64,000 bases of DNA from positions 14,944,001-15,008,000 of the forward strand of contig CM059433.1 in assembly GCA_030390025.1 (NCBI GenBank), in the 5' to 3' direction. Shown piece after piece: positions 49,306-62,149 of the stretch (its first letter is position 1; each line of letters starts with the position of its first letter). Below the pieces are notes generated by a model that searched no databases, was not told the DNA's origin, and saw only the letters and a program-made list of their open reading frames with translations. This DNA comes from Squalus acanthias. Taxonomy: Eukaryota. The translations under genes were made by a program, and so were the position numbers.

Positions 49306-51004
49306 GGCCGCGATTTTACTTACCTCGGTGGGTCCGGGGCGGGCGATGTCGGTGGCAGGTCCCGACCCCGCTGCTGGCTCCATCCCATTCTGTGGAATGA
49401 CTTTCCATTGATAGGGCTTGTTAAGCCCACCCAGCACGTTTTCCGGGCTATTTAGAGGAAGCGAGTCTGGTGATGTCATTTCATGACACGTCATCAGCTG
49501 ATTTCCTTAAAGGGACCATGTCCAAATTTATCTTGACATTTGTGCTGTCAGTGTTCTACAGCATTGAGATGCTGCAAACACTGACAAGCACTGCACAGAG
49601 GTGGGTGGGAAAGACCTCCCCAGGAGACCTAAACAGCCTGGTTGCACATTGCAGAGGAGAGCACAAGCAGGGATGTGGTTAGGAGGACCTGGGTGCAGTG
49701 GTGCAAATCTTTCAATGATCTCAGTAGATCACAAAACATTTGTCCAAAGCCACACTCAACCACATCCTGCTGTGCCTCTCATCACATCCCCATCACTCTG
49801 TCTTCCCTACCCTACTCCTGCACATACTTACTCACACCAACTTACCTTGCACCTCCACCCATCCCTCTCTATCTACATTATCACATCCCCATCTCACTAG
49901 CCACCCCTCACACTCACCCTCATCCTAGTGCAATCATACCAACTAGCAACACACAAGGGTAGCCACTTGGGTGTTTTATGCAATGTTCATGGAAAGTTTC
50001 TGTTAATGTGGCGTCAAACATTGAAACCTTTATTTTCAACAATTTGCGTTCTTGGACAGATTTGTGTGCAGCTTTGGAAGTGGCTTAGTGAGTTGCAGTG
50101 AATGGTGAAACATAACATTACCCCCCGCAATGGTGATGAGTGTGAAAAGAATGGTTTGGACATTATAGGGATACTTTATGGTGTTGGTGTGGGGTGGGGC
50201 CAACCTGGCGCATAAGGTGGCAGCCAGGGTGTATAGCATCAAGTGAAATAAATGTGGCCATGGTGAGGCCATCCCTGGTGTCCTGGGCAGCAATGTGGTC
50301 GGGCGCTGATGCTCTGTATCCTGTGCAGCATTAGATGATTGCGGAGAAGGTTGGTGTTATTGTTTGTGCTACTTGTGTGCCTGGTCCTGCTGGTGTTGGG
50401 GATGATCGTGGTCAGTTTCTGAGGACCAAGGTGAAACAGTATAAACGGTACCCATGCTGATAGAATAGATTGCAGGTGAAGTTGAGATGACAGAAGCGAT
50501 CTGTCAATGGTGAGAAAGGTTGCTCCAATGAGGTGACATTGGATAGAAAGTTTGCTCCAAACACTTGCAACCTGCATAAAGCTCAATCTGTCTTCCAAAT
50601 GCAGTAAGCAACAGCTTCTGAGCTTGGAAAGTGAATAGCTGTGAGGTGGGAGCTTTTATAGCACATTTCAAGCTGTCAAGTAATCATCTCATTCAATGGC
50701 CATTCAACTCCTGCCTCAGCTTAACAGACATGATCCCCGAGCAGCATGGACCCCGTGGATGAGCAGTTAAAGAGAAAAGGTAAGGTAAAATGTATTCTTA
50801 ATAATCTGTCAGCAAGGCAATAATCAGCTTAATTGGGTCCCCCGCCATTGCGTGTCGGGTCTGCTCAGCACTGACAGATCTGACATTGAGAAAGGCGCGT
50901 GGTGGCGGGTTGACAGCGAGGTCCCGACCCGCTGTCAAAAAAAAACACTTTCCCACCTGACCCACCACCGATCCCGCCCGCTGACCCCTCGGAAAATTCC
51001 GGCC
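49306..51004 (+). mobile_element. Non-autonomous PIF/Harbinger element, copy E (deletion in the Myb exon)
   Basis: Ends GGCCGCGATTTT...AAAATTCCGGCC; flanks AAA/ATA. Confidence 0.85.
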
Positions 51005-53120
51005 ATAGTGTGTAAATTTTGCGGCAGATTGTCAATCAGAATACATGTTTTGGACTAAGGTGGGGAGGCTGTATCAGCTACATGCCCCATCCCCCCTAGT
51101 ATCCATGGGCTTAAGCATTGCATTTCGTCTCCCTTTTCTCATCCCCGCGACTCACTTACTTTATTCTTTCCGCTACTGTTACCCTCAGTTCAGCATGACC
51201 CAGGTCAGAGGACAGGTACTTTGTGACAAGCTGTTACAGAGATATTTTCTAAAAGGACAATTATAAGAGTAATTGTCTAATTCTCTTCGTAAATGAAATA
51301 CAAGACAGCGATTTGACAAATGAGCACATTTATCACAAATTCCTATTAAGAAAAGGCAATTTTAGATCTAAAGTCAGGATGTTTTAATGCGTGACCAATA
51401 ATCATTTAAAAAAACAAATGGATATTGTGATGGGGGAAATTGTAGGGTCTTTCTGGATGGATGAGCTAAGATTTTTTTAATATTCATTCATGGAATGTGG
51501 GCGTCGCTGGCAAGGCCAACATTTATTGCCCATCCCTAATTGCCCTTGAGAAGGTGGTGGTGAGCCGCCCTCTTGAACCGCTGCAGTCCATGTGGTGAAG
51601 GTACTCCCGCAGCGTTGTTAGGGAGGGAGTTCCAGGATTTTGACCCAGCGATGATGAAAGATCCGCGATATATTTCCCAAGTCAGGATGGTGTGTGACTT
51701 GGAGGGGAACTTGGAGGTGGTGGTGTTCCCATGAGCCTGCTGCCTTTGTCCATCTAGGTGGAAGAGGTCACAGGTTTGGGAGGTGCTGTTGCAGAAGCCT
51801 TGGCGAGTTGCTGCAGTGAATCTTGTAGATGGTACACACTGCGCCACTGGTGGAGGGAGTAAATGATTAAGGTGGTAGATGGGGTGTCAATCAAGTGGGC
51901 TGCTTTCTCCAGGATGGGTTCGAGATTCTTAAGTGTTGTTGGAGCTGCACTCATCCAGGCAAGTGGAGAGTATTCCATCACACTCCTGACTTGTGCCTTG
52001 TAGATGATGGAAAGGCTTTGGGGAGTCAGGAGGTGAGACACTCGCCACAGAATACCCAGCCTCTGACCTGCTCTTGTTGCCACAGTATTTATTTGGCTGT
52101 TCCAGTTAAGTTTCTGGTCAATGGTGACCCCCCCAGGATGTTAATGGTGGGGGATTCGGCGATGGTAATGCCGTAGAATGTCAAGGGGCGGTGGTTGGAC
52201 TCTCGCTTGTTGGAGATAGTCATTGCCTGGCACTTGTGTGACATGAATGTTACTTGCCACTTATCAGCCCAAGACTGAATGTTGTCCAAGTCTTGCTGCA
52301 TGAGGGCATTATCTGAGGAGTTGCAAATGGAACTGAACACTGTGCAATCATCAGCGAACATTCTCACTTCTGACCTTATGATGGAGGGATGGTCATTGAT
52401 GAAGCAGCTGAAGATGGTTGGGCCTACGACACTGCCCTGAGGAACTCCTGCGATGATGTCCTGGGGCTGAGATGATCGACCTCCAACAACCACAACCATC
52501 TTCCTTTGTGCTAGGTATGACTCCAACCAATGAAGAGTATTCCCCCTGATTCCCATTGACTTCAATTTTACTAGGGCTCCTTGATGCCACACTCGGACAA
52601 ATGCTGCCTGGATGTCAAGGGCAGTCACTCCCACCTCACTTCTAGAATTCAGCTCTTTTGTCCATGTTTGAACCAAGGCTGTAATGCGGTCTGGAGCCAA
52701 GTGGTCCTGGTGAAACCCAAACTGAGCATCGGTGAGCAGGATATTGGTGAGTAAGTGACAACTACACCTTCCATCATTTTGCTGATGATTGAGAGTAGAC
52801 TGCTGGGGCGGTAATTGGACAGATTGGATTTGTCCTGCTTTTTGTGGACTGGCCGTATTTGGGCTATTTTCCACTTTGTTGGGTAGATGCCAGTGTTGTA
52901 GCTGTACTAGAACAGCTTGGCTAGAGGTGTGGCCACTACTGGAGCATAAGTCTTCAGCACTATAGCCGGGATGTTGTTGGGCCCCATAGCCTGTGCTGTA
53001 TCCACTGCTCAGCGCTTTCTTGATATCACCTGAAGTGAATCGAATTGGCTGAAGACTGGCTTCTGCGATAGTGGGGACCTCAGAAGGAGGCCGGGATGGA
53101 TCATCCACTCAGCACTTCTG

Positions 53121-54613
53121 TTTCCTGCTCTCACCCTGAACTAGAAAATTTCATTCACTTTGCTTCCAATTTCCACCCTTCTCTCACCTTCACATGGTCC
53201 ATCTCCGACTCTTCCCTTCCCTTCCTCGACTTATCTGTCTCCATCTCTGGAGATAGGCTATTGACAAACATTCACTACAAGCCCACTGACTCCCACAGCT
53301 ACCTGGACTACACGTCCTCCCACCCCGCTTCCTGTAAAGACTCTATTCCATTCTCCCAGTTTCTCCGTCTCCGCTGCATCTGCTCTGACGATGCCACCTT
53401 CCATACCAGTGCTTCCGACATGTCTTCCTTTTTCGTCAACCGAGGATCCCCCTTTACTGTGGTTGACACGGCCCTTGACTGTGTCCATTGTATTTCCTGC
53501 ACTTCTGCTCTCACCCCTTCCCCTCCCTCCCAGAAACACGATAGGGTTCCTCTTGTCCTCACCTTTCACCCCCACCAGCCTCCACATTCAACGGATCATC
53601 CTCCGCCATTTCCGCCACCTCCAGCGTGATCCCACCACCAAACACATCTTCCCCTCACCTCCCCTTTCAGCATTCCGAAGGGACCGCTCCCTCCGCGACA
53701 CCCTGGTCCACTCCTCTATCACCCCAACACCCCTTCCCCTTCGCCCGGCACCTTCCCGTGCAAGCGCAGGAGATGCAACACATGCCCTTTTACCTCCACC
53801 CTTCCCACTGTCCAGGGCCCCAAACACTCCTTCCAGGTGAAACAGAGATTTACTTGTACTTCTTGCAATTTAGTATACTGTATTCGCTGCTCACGATGCG
53901 GTCTCCTCTACATTGGGGAGGCCAAACGCAGATTGGGTGACCGCTTTGTGGAACATCTCCGTTCAGTCCGCAAGGGTGACCCCGAGCTTCCGGTCGCCTG
54001 TCACTTTAATTCTCCGCTCCACTCCCACTCAGACCTCACTGTCCTCGGCCTCTTACACTGTTCCAATGAAGCTCAACGTAAGCTCGAGGAACAGCACCTC
54101 ATCTTTCGATTCAGCACTTTACAGCCTTCTGGACTCAACATAGAGTTCAACAATTTCAGACCATAACCTCTGCCCCTATCCTTTCTTTTTCCCCATTTAT
54201 TTTATTTATTATTTATTTATTAAAAAAGAAAAATTCTCTCTCCCACATGGCAGCTGTCTTTCATTCTGCCAGTGCCATTTACACTTCATCTAGAGCCATC
54301 TTTTGTTTCTTAACTTATCCCATTACCATCTCCTTTTGCCTTGCACCATCTTTTCATGTCTCTTAATCACTCTTGCCTTCCACCCTATCACAGACCTTCC
54401 CTTTTGTTCTTTCCTCCCCTCCCCCCTTTCCCTGCCCGTGCACTTGCTTAAAAACCTGTTCGATCTCCAGCTTTTTCCAGTTCTGATGAAGGGTCATCGA
54501 CCTGAAACGTTAACTATGTTTCTCTTTCCACAGATGCTGCCTGACCTGCTGAGTATTTCCAGCATTTTCTGTTTTTAATTCAGATTTCCAGCATCCGCAG
54601 TATTTTGCTTTTG
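53121..54613 (+). mobile_element. Penelope-like element, 5'-truncated (RT C-terminus + GIY-YIG endonuclease + terminus)
   Basis: LPFLDLSV..HYKPTDSHSYLDYTSSHP..KDSIPFSQFLRL; NLVYCIRCSRCGLLYIGEAKRRLGDRFVEH..VACHFN; flanks CACTTCTG/TACTTCAG. Confidence 0.92.
54479..54515 (+). ncRNA. Minimal type I hammerhead ribozyme motif, intact core
   Basis: AGTT-CTGATGA-AG-GGTC-ATC-GACC-T-GAAA-CGTT-AACT. Confidence 0.78.
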
Positions 54614-56293
54614 TACTTCAGGCTGAAGATGGTTTCAAATGCTTCAGCCTTGTCTTTTGCACTCACGTGCTGGGCTCTGCCATCATTGAGGATGAGGATG
54701 TTCATGGAGCCTCCTCCTCCCGTTAGTTGTTTAATTGTCCAGCACCATTCACGACTGGATGTGGCAGGACTGCAGAGATTTGATCTGATCCATTGATTGT
54801 GGGATTGCTTAGCTCCGTCTATAGCATGCTGCTTCTGCTACTTAACATGCATGTAGTCCTGTGTTGTAGCTTCACCAGGTTGGCACCTCATTTTTAGGTA
54901 CGCCTGGTGCTGCTCTTGGCATGCTCTTCTACACTCCTTATTGAACCAGGGTTGGTCCCCTTTCTTGATGGTAATGGTAGAGTGAGGAATATGCCGGGCC
55001 TAAGTTTACAGATTTTGATGGCATGCAATTCTGCTGCTGCTGAAGTTTCACAGAGCCTCATGGATGCCCAGTTTTCGAGCTGCTAGATCTGTTCTGAATC
55101 TGTTCTATTTAGCACGGTGGTCGTGCCACACAACACGATAGAGGTTTGAATAGCCTTCCTCATAATCACTTGTATTTATCTTGAACAGACAGCAGCAGTT
55201 GTCATTCCTACTTTTGTATTAAAGGTCATAAGCCCGATTTTATCTCAGGGAGGTTGGTCGTGCAGGCCCCCTCCCCATGATGTTACCACGAGGCCACGGT
55301 CTATTTTAACTCCCGGCCTCATTAACATTTGGAGGTCCAGCACTGGGTATTCACCGCTCTAAAATTAATTAAAATTGAACAAGGGTCCTATTGACATCAT
55401 AAACCACCAATTTTTAAACTTTACTGAGGCTCCCCACAATGTCTAGGCCCCAATCAAAATGGCAGCAGGTAGACTGGCAGCAGGACTGGTGCAGCAAGTC
55501 CTATGCCCATACTGTCATTGTACTGCCACCCAGACCCCTTCTCTAGCCTGCAAATCACCCCCTGTAGGTATTGGCGGAGGGGGAAAAAGATTGGTCTGAT
55601 GCGCAATCTAGGTCACATGGGCATGAGCTATTTCATACATTAAGTAATATTTAGTATTCACTTGCAGTATGACCATATGCATCGTATTGCAGATCCTTGT
55701 CTTAAACCAACAGTTTCTCTCAATCTCAAACAATGCTGTAAACGTTACTATGTGATCATACAGTCCCTTCATGGTTTCCTTTATTGTTAGCGGTAAAATG
55801 TTTTGAACAAAAATAGAAGTTGTATTTCTTTTAAAGTTCAGACTCAGGTGCTCCTACGAAGATTATCAGCAACAGTACATAGAGTAACTCAAAGGTTTTG
55901 CTTGAATAAGCATGTCTGTAACAGGGTTTCTGAGATTTTTCTGGTTGAAAGACCCCTTTTCAAATGGATTAGTAATCACGGACCATCCCCACTAAATTAT
56001 AATACTATATAATACTCACAACATGAAAGTGCTGCATGTAAAGTGTGTTTTAACAATGCTTTTAACAAAACAGGTACTGACTTACAGATATCAGTGAGAT
56101 GGGTGTGCATGCTTCTCACTGCAGAGTCTGTCTGTCCTTGGTGTGATGTTTGACAATAACACTCATAAATGATTGACAGCTATTTTATCCAATCAACGGT
56201 CTCCAATGATTGGTCTTTCACCAATCAGAAAAGGGGCGGGATCATTAAAAAAAAACATATATTAATAACATATATATATATATATATATATAT

Positions 56294-56556
56294 GGGCTGG
56301 ATTTTGATACTGGGGCGGGTTGGGGTCGTGTCATCCGCATTTCGTGTTATCCACCCGAATTCAATTGGATGTGGGAGATTGATGTAATTTTCACCTAATT
56401 GGGCAATTGAGTTCCAGCATGTGGGAACCCATGAACCAATTAGTGTTTTCAGTCTGAAAGTCGCCCCTGATGATGTCATCATTGCTGCTGCATTGAAGGT
56501 CAGAGACTGCCTGGCCTTTGCTGTGAGAGGACCTGGATGCAAAATGAGCAGTAGCT

Positions 56557-56590
<34 letters not shown>

Positions 56591-57846
56591 GGCTGATTTT
56601 GTCTTGGGGTCGGGTTGGGGTCGTGTCATCCGCATTTCGTGTTCCCCCCCCGACTCCAGATTAATGTGGATGAATGATGCAATTTTCACTTAATTGGGCA
56701 ATTGAGTTCCAGCATGTGGGAACCCATGAACTAATTAGTGGTTTCAGTCTGAAAGTCGCCTCTGATGATGTCAGGTGAGAGACTGTCTGCCTGGTCTCAG
56801 AGACTGTCTGGCTGTTGCTGAGAGAGGATCTGCCTGGCTTTTGATGTGATTGGACCTGGATGCAAAATTGATATATATATGAGTGAGAGAGAGAGAGAGA
56901 GAGAGGAGAGAAGAAAGAGAGAAAAAAGAGAGGAGAGAAGAGAGAGAGAGAGAGAGAGAATTTTTTTGCATCCAAGTCCTCTCACAGCAAAGGCCAGGCA
57001 GTCTCTGAACACATTCAATGCAGCAGCATCAGAGGCGACTTTCAGACCTAATACTACTACTACTACCTTCATCACATCTCCGTTGTAATAGTGGACCTGC
57101 AGCTGATAGTCAGCTATCCACTTGTGCTCCCGCCAGGTTTCACTGGCGTGTTTCACACCAGGCGTACTTCACGTCAGAAAAGGGTTAAGCTAGCTAAAAT
57201 GTTTCAAAATGGCATTACAGAGCCAATTTAGGGCTTGTAAAGGGCTTTAATGGCCTCTCCCGCCTCTTGGAGGCGGGACGGAGTCGGGAACCCCGCGACT
57301 GATTTTGTCAAAATTGCGTGGAGGCGGGATGGAGTCGGGATGGGGTCGGGACCCCCGACCCCGCAAATTTAACCCCCCACACGCCTCCAAACCCGACTCC
57401 ATGGGTCATTCAAAATCCAGCCCAGAGTCTCTGAAGACCTTCAATGCAGCAGCATCAGAGGCGACTTTTAGACCTAATACTACTACTACCTTCATCACAT
57501 CTCCGTTGTAATAGTGGACCTGCAGCAGATAGTCCGCTATCGAAATGTGCTCCTGCCAGGTTTCACAATCGTGGTTCAGACCAGGCGTGCTTCACATAGA
57601 ACAAGGGTTGAAATCACAAAGGCCTTTCAAAATGGCATTATAGAGCCAATTTAGTGCTTGTTAAGGGCCTTAACAGCCTATCCCACCTCTTAAAGGCGGG
57701 ACGGAGTCGGGACCAGCAGACACGATTTAATGAAAATTGCGTGGAGGCGGGATGGAGGCGGACTTGTGCCCGCCCGCCAGTTTTTGCAATTTTAACCCCC
57801 CCCACATGCCTCCAAACCCGCCTCCACGGGTCAATGAATCCAGTCC
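56294..57846. mobile_element. Harbinger-type MITE containing a second copy of its own family (56590-57423)
   Basis: Outer ends GGGCTGGATTTTGA...TGAATCCAGTCC with TAT/TAT flanks; inner ends GGGCTGATTTT...AAAATCCAGCCC; left arms and right arms are each duplicated. Confidence 0.8.
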
Positions 57847-59639
57847 TATGTGTGTGTGTATATTACAATAATTACAAATTAATTATTGTCAGATGCACTC
57901 CAGAGTTGTTTCCATTGGTTAAAACCTAAGCCTAGTTTTTAAAGTACGATTCTACTTATTCCTGGTGTCGTATGATTGACTCGTCAAAAAAACAATAAAT
58001 GGTGAATCTCTGTTCCTGTCTGGAGCTTTCCAACCAGTCAGTAGGCAGTGAGGCGGTGCTTATCGAGGTTGGTGGGGGTGGGAGCGAAGGTTATTATTAG
58101 TTTTAATAATATTTAATTTATCATTATTGAAGCGGTCCGCACAGTGCAGGGTTAAAACGGAGTGAACTTAAACAGAGTGTTTTATTTGGGAATTTGGAAA
58201 GAGTGGGAATTTCTGGTAAGTATTGGGTCAGTAGTAGATGTAAAAAGTGAAATTTAGTTTAACATTTTGATTTTAACGTAGAACTTTAAAAACTGTAGTT
58301 AGCAGAAGCTGCCTGCCAGTGGCAGTTAACTGTCAGTCAGCTGCAGGTGTTTGTCTTGAATAGGCGCTAATCACCAGGAGCAGGGGAGCTGAGTCAACAC
58401 TTGTAAATTGGGTGATATAGGTAGGACTAAGAAAAAGGTTCTGCTGAGGGAGTATGAGCAGCTAGGGGCTAAATTAAAAAGCAGAACCACAAAGGTAATA
58501 ATCTCTGGATTACTACCTGAGCCACGAGCAACTTGGCAAAAGGGTCAATAAAATCTGAGAGTTGAATGTGTGGCTCAAGGATTGGTGTGGGAGAAATGGG
58601 TTTCGATTCATGGGGCACTGGCACCAGGACTGGGGAAAGAGGAAGCTGTTCTGTTGGGACGGGCTTCACTTGAACCGTGCTGGGACCAGTGTCCTGGCAA
58701 ATCGAATAACTAGGGCTGTAGATAGGGCTTTAAACTAAATAGTGGGGGTGGAGGGTTCAGGTGAGGGGAAACTTAGAAAGTTAAAGAGAAAGGACAAGGC
58801 AATAGTGCAGAGTAGCGAAAGGGGTAATGATAACCAGAGTGTGACAGGAAGGGACAGAGCGTACAAGCATAAGAGTGCACCAGCAAATAGGGTCAGAGTA
58901 GGAAAAAATGGTAAAAAGATAAAATTAAAGGCTCTTTATCTGAATGCATGCAGCATTCGTAACAAGATAGATGAATTGACGGCACAAATAGAAATAAATG
59001 GGTATGATCTGATAGCCATTACAGAGACATGGCTGCAAGGTGACCAAGGCTGGGAACTGAATATTCAGGGATATTTGACATTTCAGAAGGATTGGTAGAA
59101 AAGAAAAGGAGGTGGGGTAGCGCTGTAAATAAAGGATGAGATCAGTACAGCAGTGAGAAATGATCTTGACTCGGAAGATGAAGATGTAGAATCAGTTTGG
59201 GTGAAGATAAGAAATAATAAGGGAAAGAGGTCACTGGTGGGAGTGATCTATAGGCCCCCTAACAGTAGCTACACTGTGGGACAGAGTATAAATCAAGAAA
59301 TAATGGGGGCTTGTAAGAAAGGTACTGCAATAATCATGGGTGATTTTAATCTTCATATAAATTGGACAAATCAAATTGGCAAAGGTAGCCTTGAGGACGA
59401 GTTCATAGAGTGTATTCAGGACAATTTCTTAGAACAATACGTTGTGGAACCAACCAGGGAACAGGCTATTTTAGATCTGGTAATGTGTAATGAGACAGGA
59501 TTAATTAATGATTTCATAGTAAAGGATCCTCGAGGGAAGAGTGATCATAACATTATGGAATTTCACATTCAGTTTGAGGGTGAGAAACTTGGTTCTGAAA
59601 CTAGTGTCTCAAACTTAAATAAAGGCAATTACAAGGGTA

Positions 59640-61032
59640 CATACATAGATACATAGAAGATAGGAGCAGGAGTAGGCCATCCGGCCCTTCGAGCCTGCTC
59701 CGCCATTTAATGAGATCATGGCTGATCCTCCAATTCAGTATCCCGTCCCCGCCTTATCTCCGTAACCCTTAACCCCTTTTGCCTGTAGAAATATATCTAA
59801 TTCCCTCTTAAATATATTTAATGAGCTGGCGTACACTGCCCTCTGTGGCAATGAGTTCCACAGGTTCACCACCCTCTGAGTGAAGAAATTCCCCCTCATT
59901 TCTGTCCTAAATGGTTTAGCCCTTATCCTTAAATTATGTCCTCTAGTTCTGTTCTCACCCGCCAAGGGAAACATTCCTTCTGCATCTAGTCTGTCTAGAC
60001 CTGTCAGAATTTTATACACTTCTATGAGGTCCCCTCTCAATCTTCTAAACTCCAGTGTGTACATCCCTAAACTACATAGTCTCTCCTCATAGGTCAATCC
60101 CGCCATTCCTGGTATCAGCCTGGTGAATCGCCGCTGCACCCCCTCCATGGCAAGAACATCTTTCCTCAGATGAGGCGACCAAAACTGTACACAGTACTCG
60201 AGCTGTGGTCTCACCAGTGCCCTGTACAGCTGCAGCAAGGTATCCCTGTTCCTGTATTCCAACCCTTTTGCTATGAAGGCCAGCATACCGTTTGCCTTCT
60301 TGATCGCCTGTTGCACCTGCATGCTCGCCTTCAGTGACTGGTGTACAAGAACACCCAGGTCTCTCTGTACTTCCCCCTCTCCCAATTTATTGCCATTTAA
60401 ATAATAATTTGCCCTCCCGTTCCTGCACCGAAGGTGGATAACTTCGCACTTGTCCACATTATAGTGCATCTGCCATTTATCCGCCCAATCACCCAGTCTG
60501 TCCAAATCGCTCTGGAGCTTCCTGGTCTCCTCCTCTGAGCCCACCCCTCCTCCTAGTTTAGTGTCGTCTGCAAATTTGGAAATGCTGCATCCGACTCCCT
60601 GATCCAGGTCATTAATGTAAATTGTGAACAGCTGGGGACCCAGGACAGATCCCTGTGGTACCCCACTTGTTACTGCCAGCCATTCAGAAAATGAGCCGTT
60701 TATTCCAACTCTCTGTTTTCTATCTGACATGATGCGGAGATGCCGGTGTTGGACTGGGGTGGACAAAATTGAGAGGTCGCACAACACCAGGTTATAGTCC
60801 TACAGCCAGTTCTCTATCCACGTCAATACTTTCCCCTTTATCCCATGAGCTTCAATTTTCCCTGCTAATCTTTTATGTGGGACCTTATCGAAGGCCTTTT
60901 GGAAGTCCAGGTACACCACATCTACTGGCTCTCCCCCATCTATTTTACCAGTTACTCCCTCAAAAAATTCCAATAGATTAGTCAAGCACGATTTACCCTT
61001 TGTAAATCCATGTTGACTCTGTCCTATCCTGT
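59640..61032 (-). mobile_element. 5'-truncated copy of the young CR1 at 2251-5387
   Basis: Near-identical to 2251-3572 apart from a 72-bp insert; GTA at both junctions. Confidence 0.95.
60730..60801 (-). mobile_element. 72-bp insertion, probably the extreme 3' end of a second Penelope-like family
   Basis: Absent at the homologous site (~3345) of the intact CR1; ACA at both sides. The family assignment is my recollection of shark repeats, not a search. Confidence 0.55.
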
Positions 61033-62149
61033 ATGAAGACAAAGTCGGCTAAAGCGGACTAGGAAATAAGCAGTGGCAGAATTTTAAGGAGATATTTCAT
61101 AACTTTCAACAAAGATATATTCCAGTGAGAAAGAAAGACTCTACGAGAAGGATGAGCCATCCATGGCTTACTGAGGAATTTAAGGAGGGTCATTGACCAG
61201 AAATGTTAACTCTGTTTCTCTCTCTACAGATGCTGCCTGACCTGTTGAGTATTTCCAGCATTTTTTGCAAAGGGATATTGATAGGTTAAGTGAGTGGGCA
61301 AAAATTTGGCAGATGGAGTATAATGTGGGAAACTGTGAGGTTATCCACTTTGGTAGGAAGAATAGAAAAGCAAAATATTATTTAAATGGAGAGTGACTAC
61401 AGAATGCTGCGGTATAGAGGGATCTGGGTGTCCTCGTACATGAAACACAAAAGGTTAGCATGCAGGCACAGCAAGTAATTAGGAAGGCAAATGGAATGTT
61501 GGCCCTTATTGCAAGGGGGATGCAGTATAAAAGTAGGGAAGTCTTGCTACAACTGTATACGGCATTGGTGAGACCACACCTAGAGTACTGCGTACAGTTT
61601 TGGTCTCCTTATTTAAGGAGGGATATATTTGCATTGGAGGCAGTACAGCGAAGGTTCACTAGGTTGATTCCTGGAATGAAGGGGTTGTCTTATGAGGAAA
61701 GGTTGAGCAGGTTGGGCCTATACTCGTTGAAGTTTAGAAGAATGAGAGGTGATCTTATTGAAACATTTAAGATTCTGAGGGGGCTTGACAGGGTAGATGC
61801 TGAGAGGATGTTTCCCCTCGTGGGGGAATCTAGAACTAGGGGGCATAGTTTCAGAATAAGGGGTCACCCATTTAAGATGGAGATGAGGAGGAATTACTTC
61901 TCTCAGAGGGTCGTGAATCTTTGGAATTCTCTACCTCAGAGAGCTGTGGAGGCTGAGTCATTGAATATATTCAAGGCTGAGATAGACAGAATTTTGAACT
62001 ATAGGGGAGTCAAGGGTTATAGGGAACAGGCAGAAAAGTGGAGTTGAGGCCAAGATCAGATCAGCCATGTTCTTATTGAATGGTGGAGCAGGCTCGAGGG
62101 GCCGAATGATCTACTCCTGCTCCTATTTCTTATGTTCTTATGTTCTTAC

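Larger units (their letters stand above)
51475..55140 (-). mobile_element. CR1/L2-group LINE, frameshifted RT, split by a Penelope-like element; exact clade unresolved
   Basis: QFGFHQDH.APDRITALVQTW..TALDIQAAFVRVWH..GVPQGSVVGP..MFADD; resumes at ~54614. Confidence 0.85.
58412..62148 (+). mobile_element. Degenerate CR1 (ORF1 end, endonuclease, 3' end) with a nested CR1 and a deleted RT core
   Basis: DIGRT..KVIISGLLPEP..WDGLHLN..DRALN*; LYLNACSIRNK..ITETW..GDFN..SDHN; resumes at 61031; C-terminus 61266-62047; (TTCTTATG)n tail. Confidence 0.9.
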
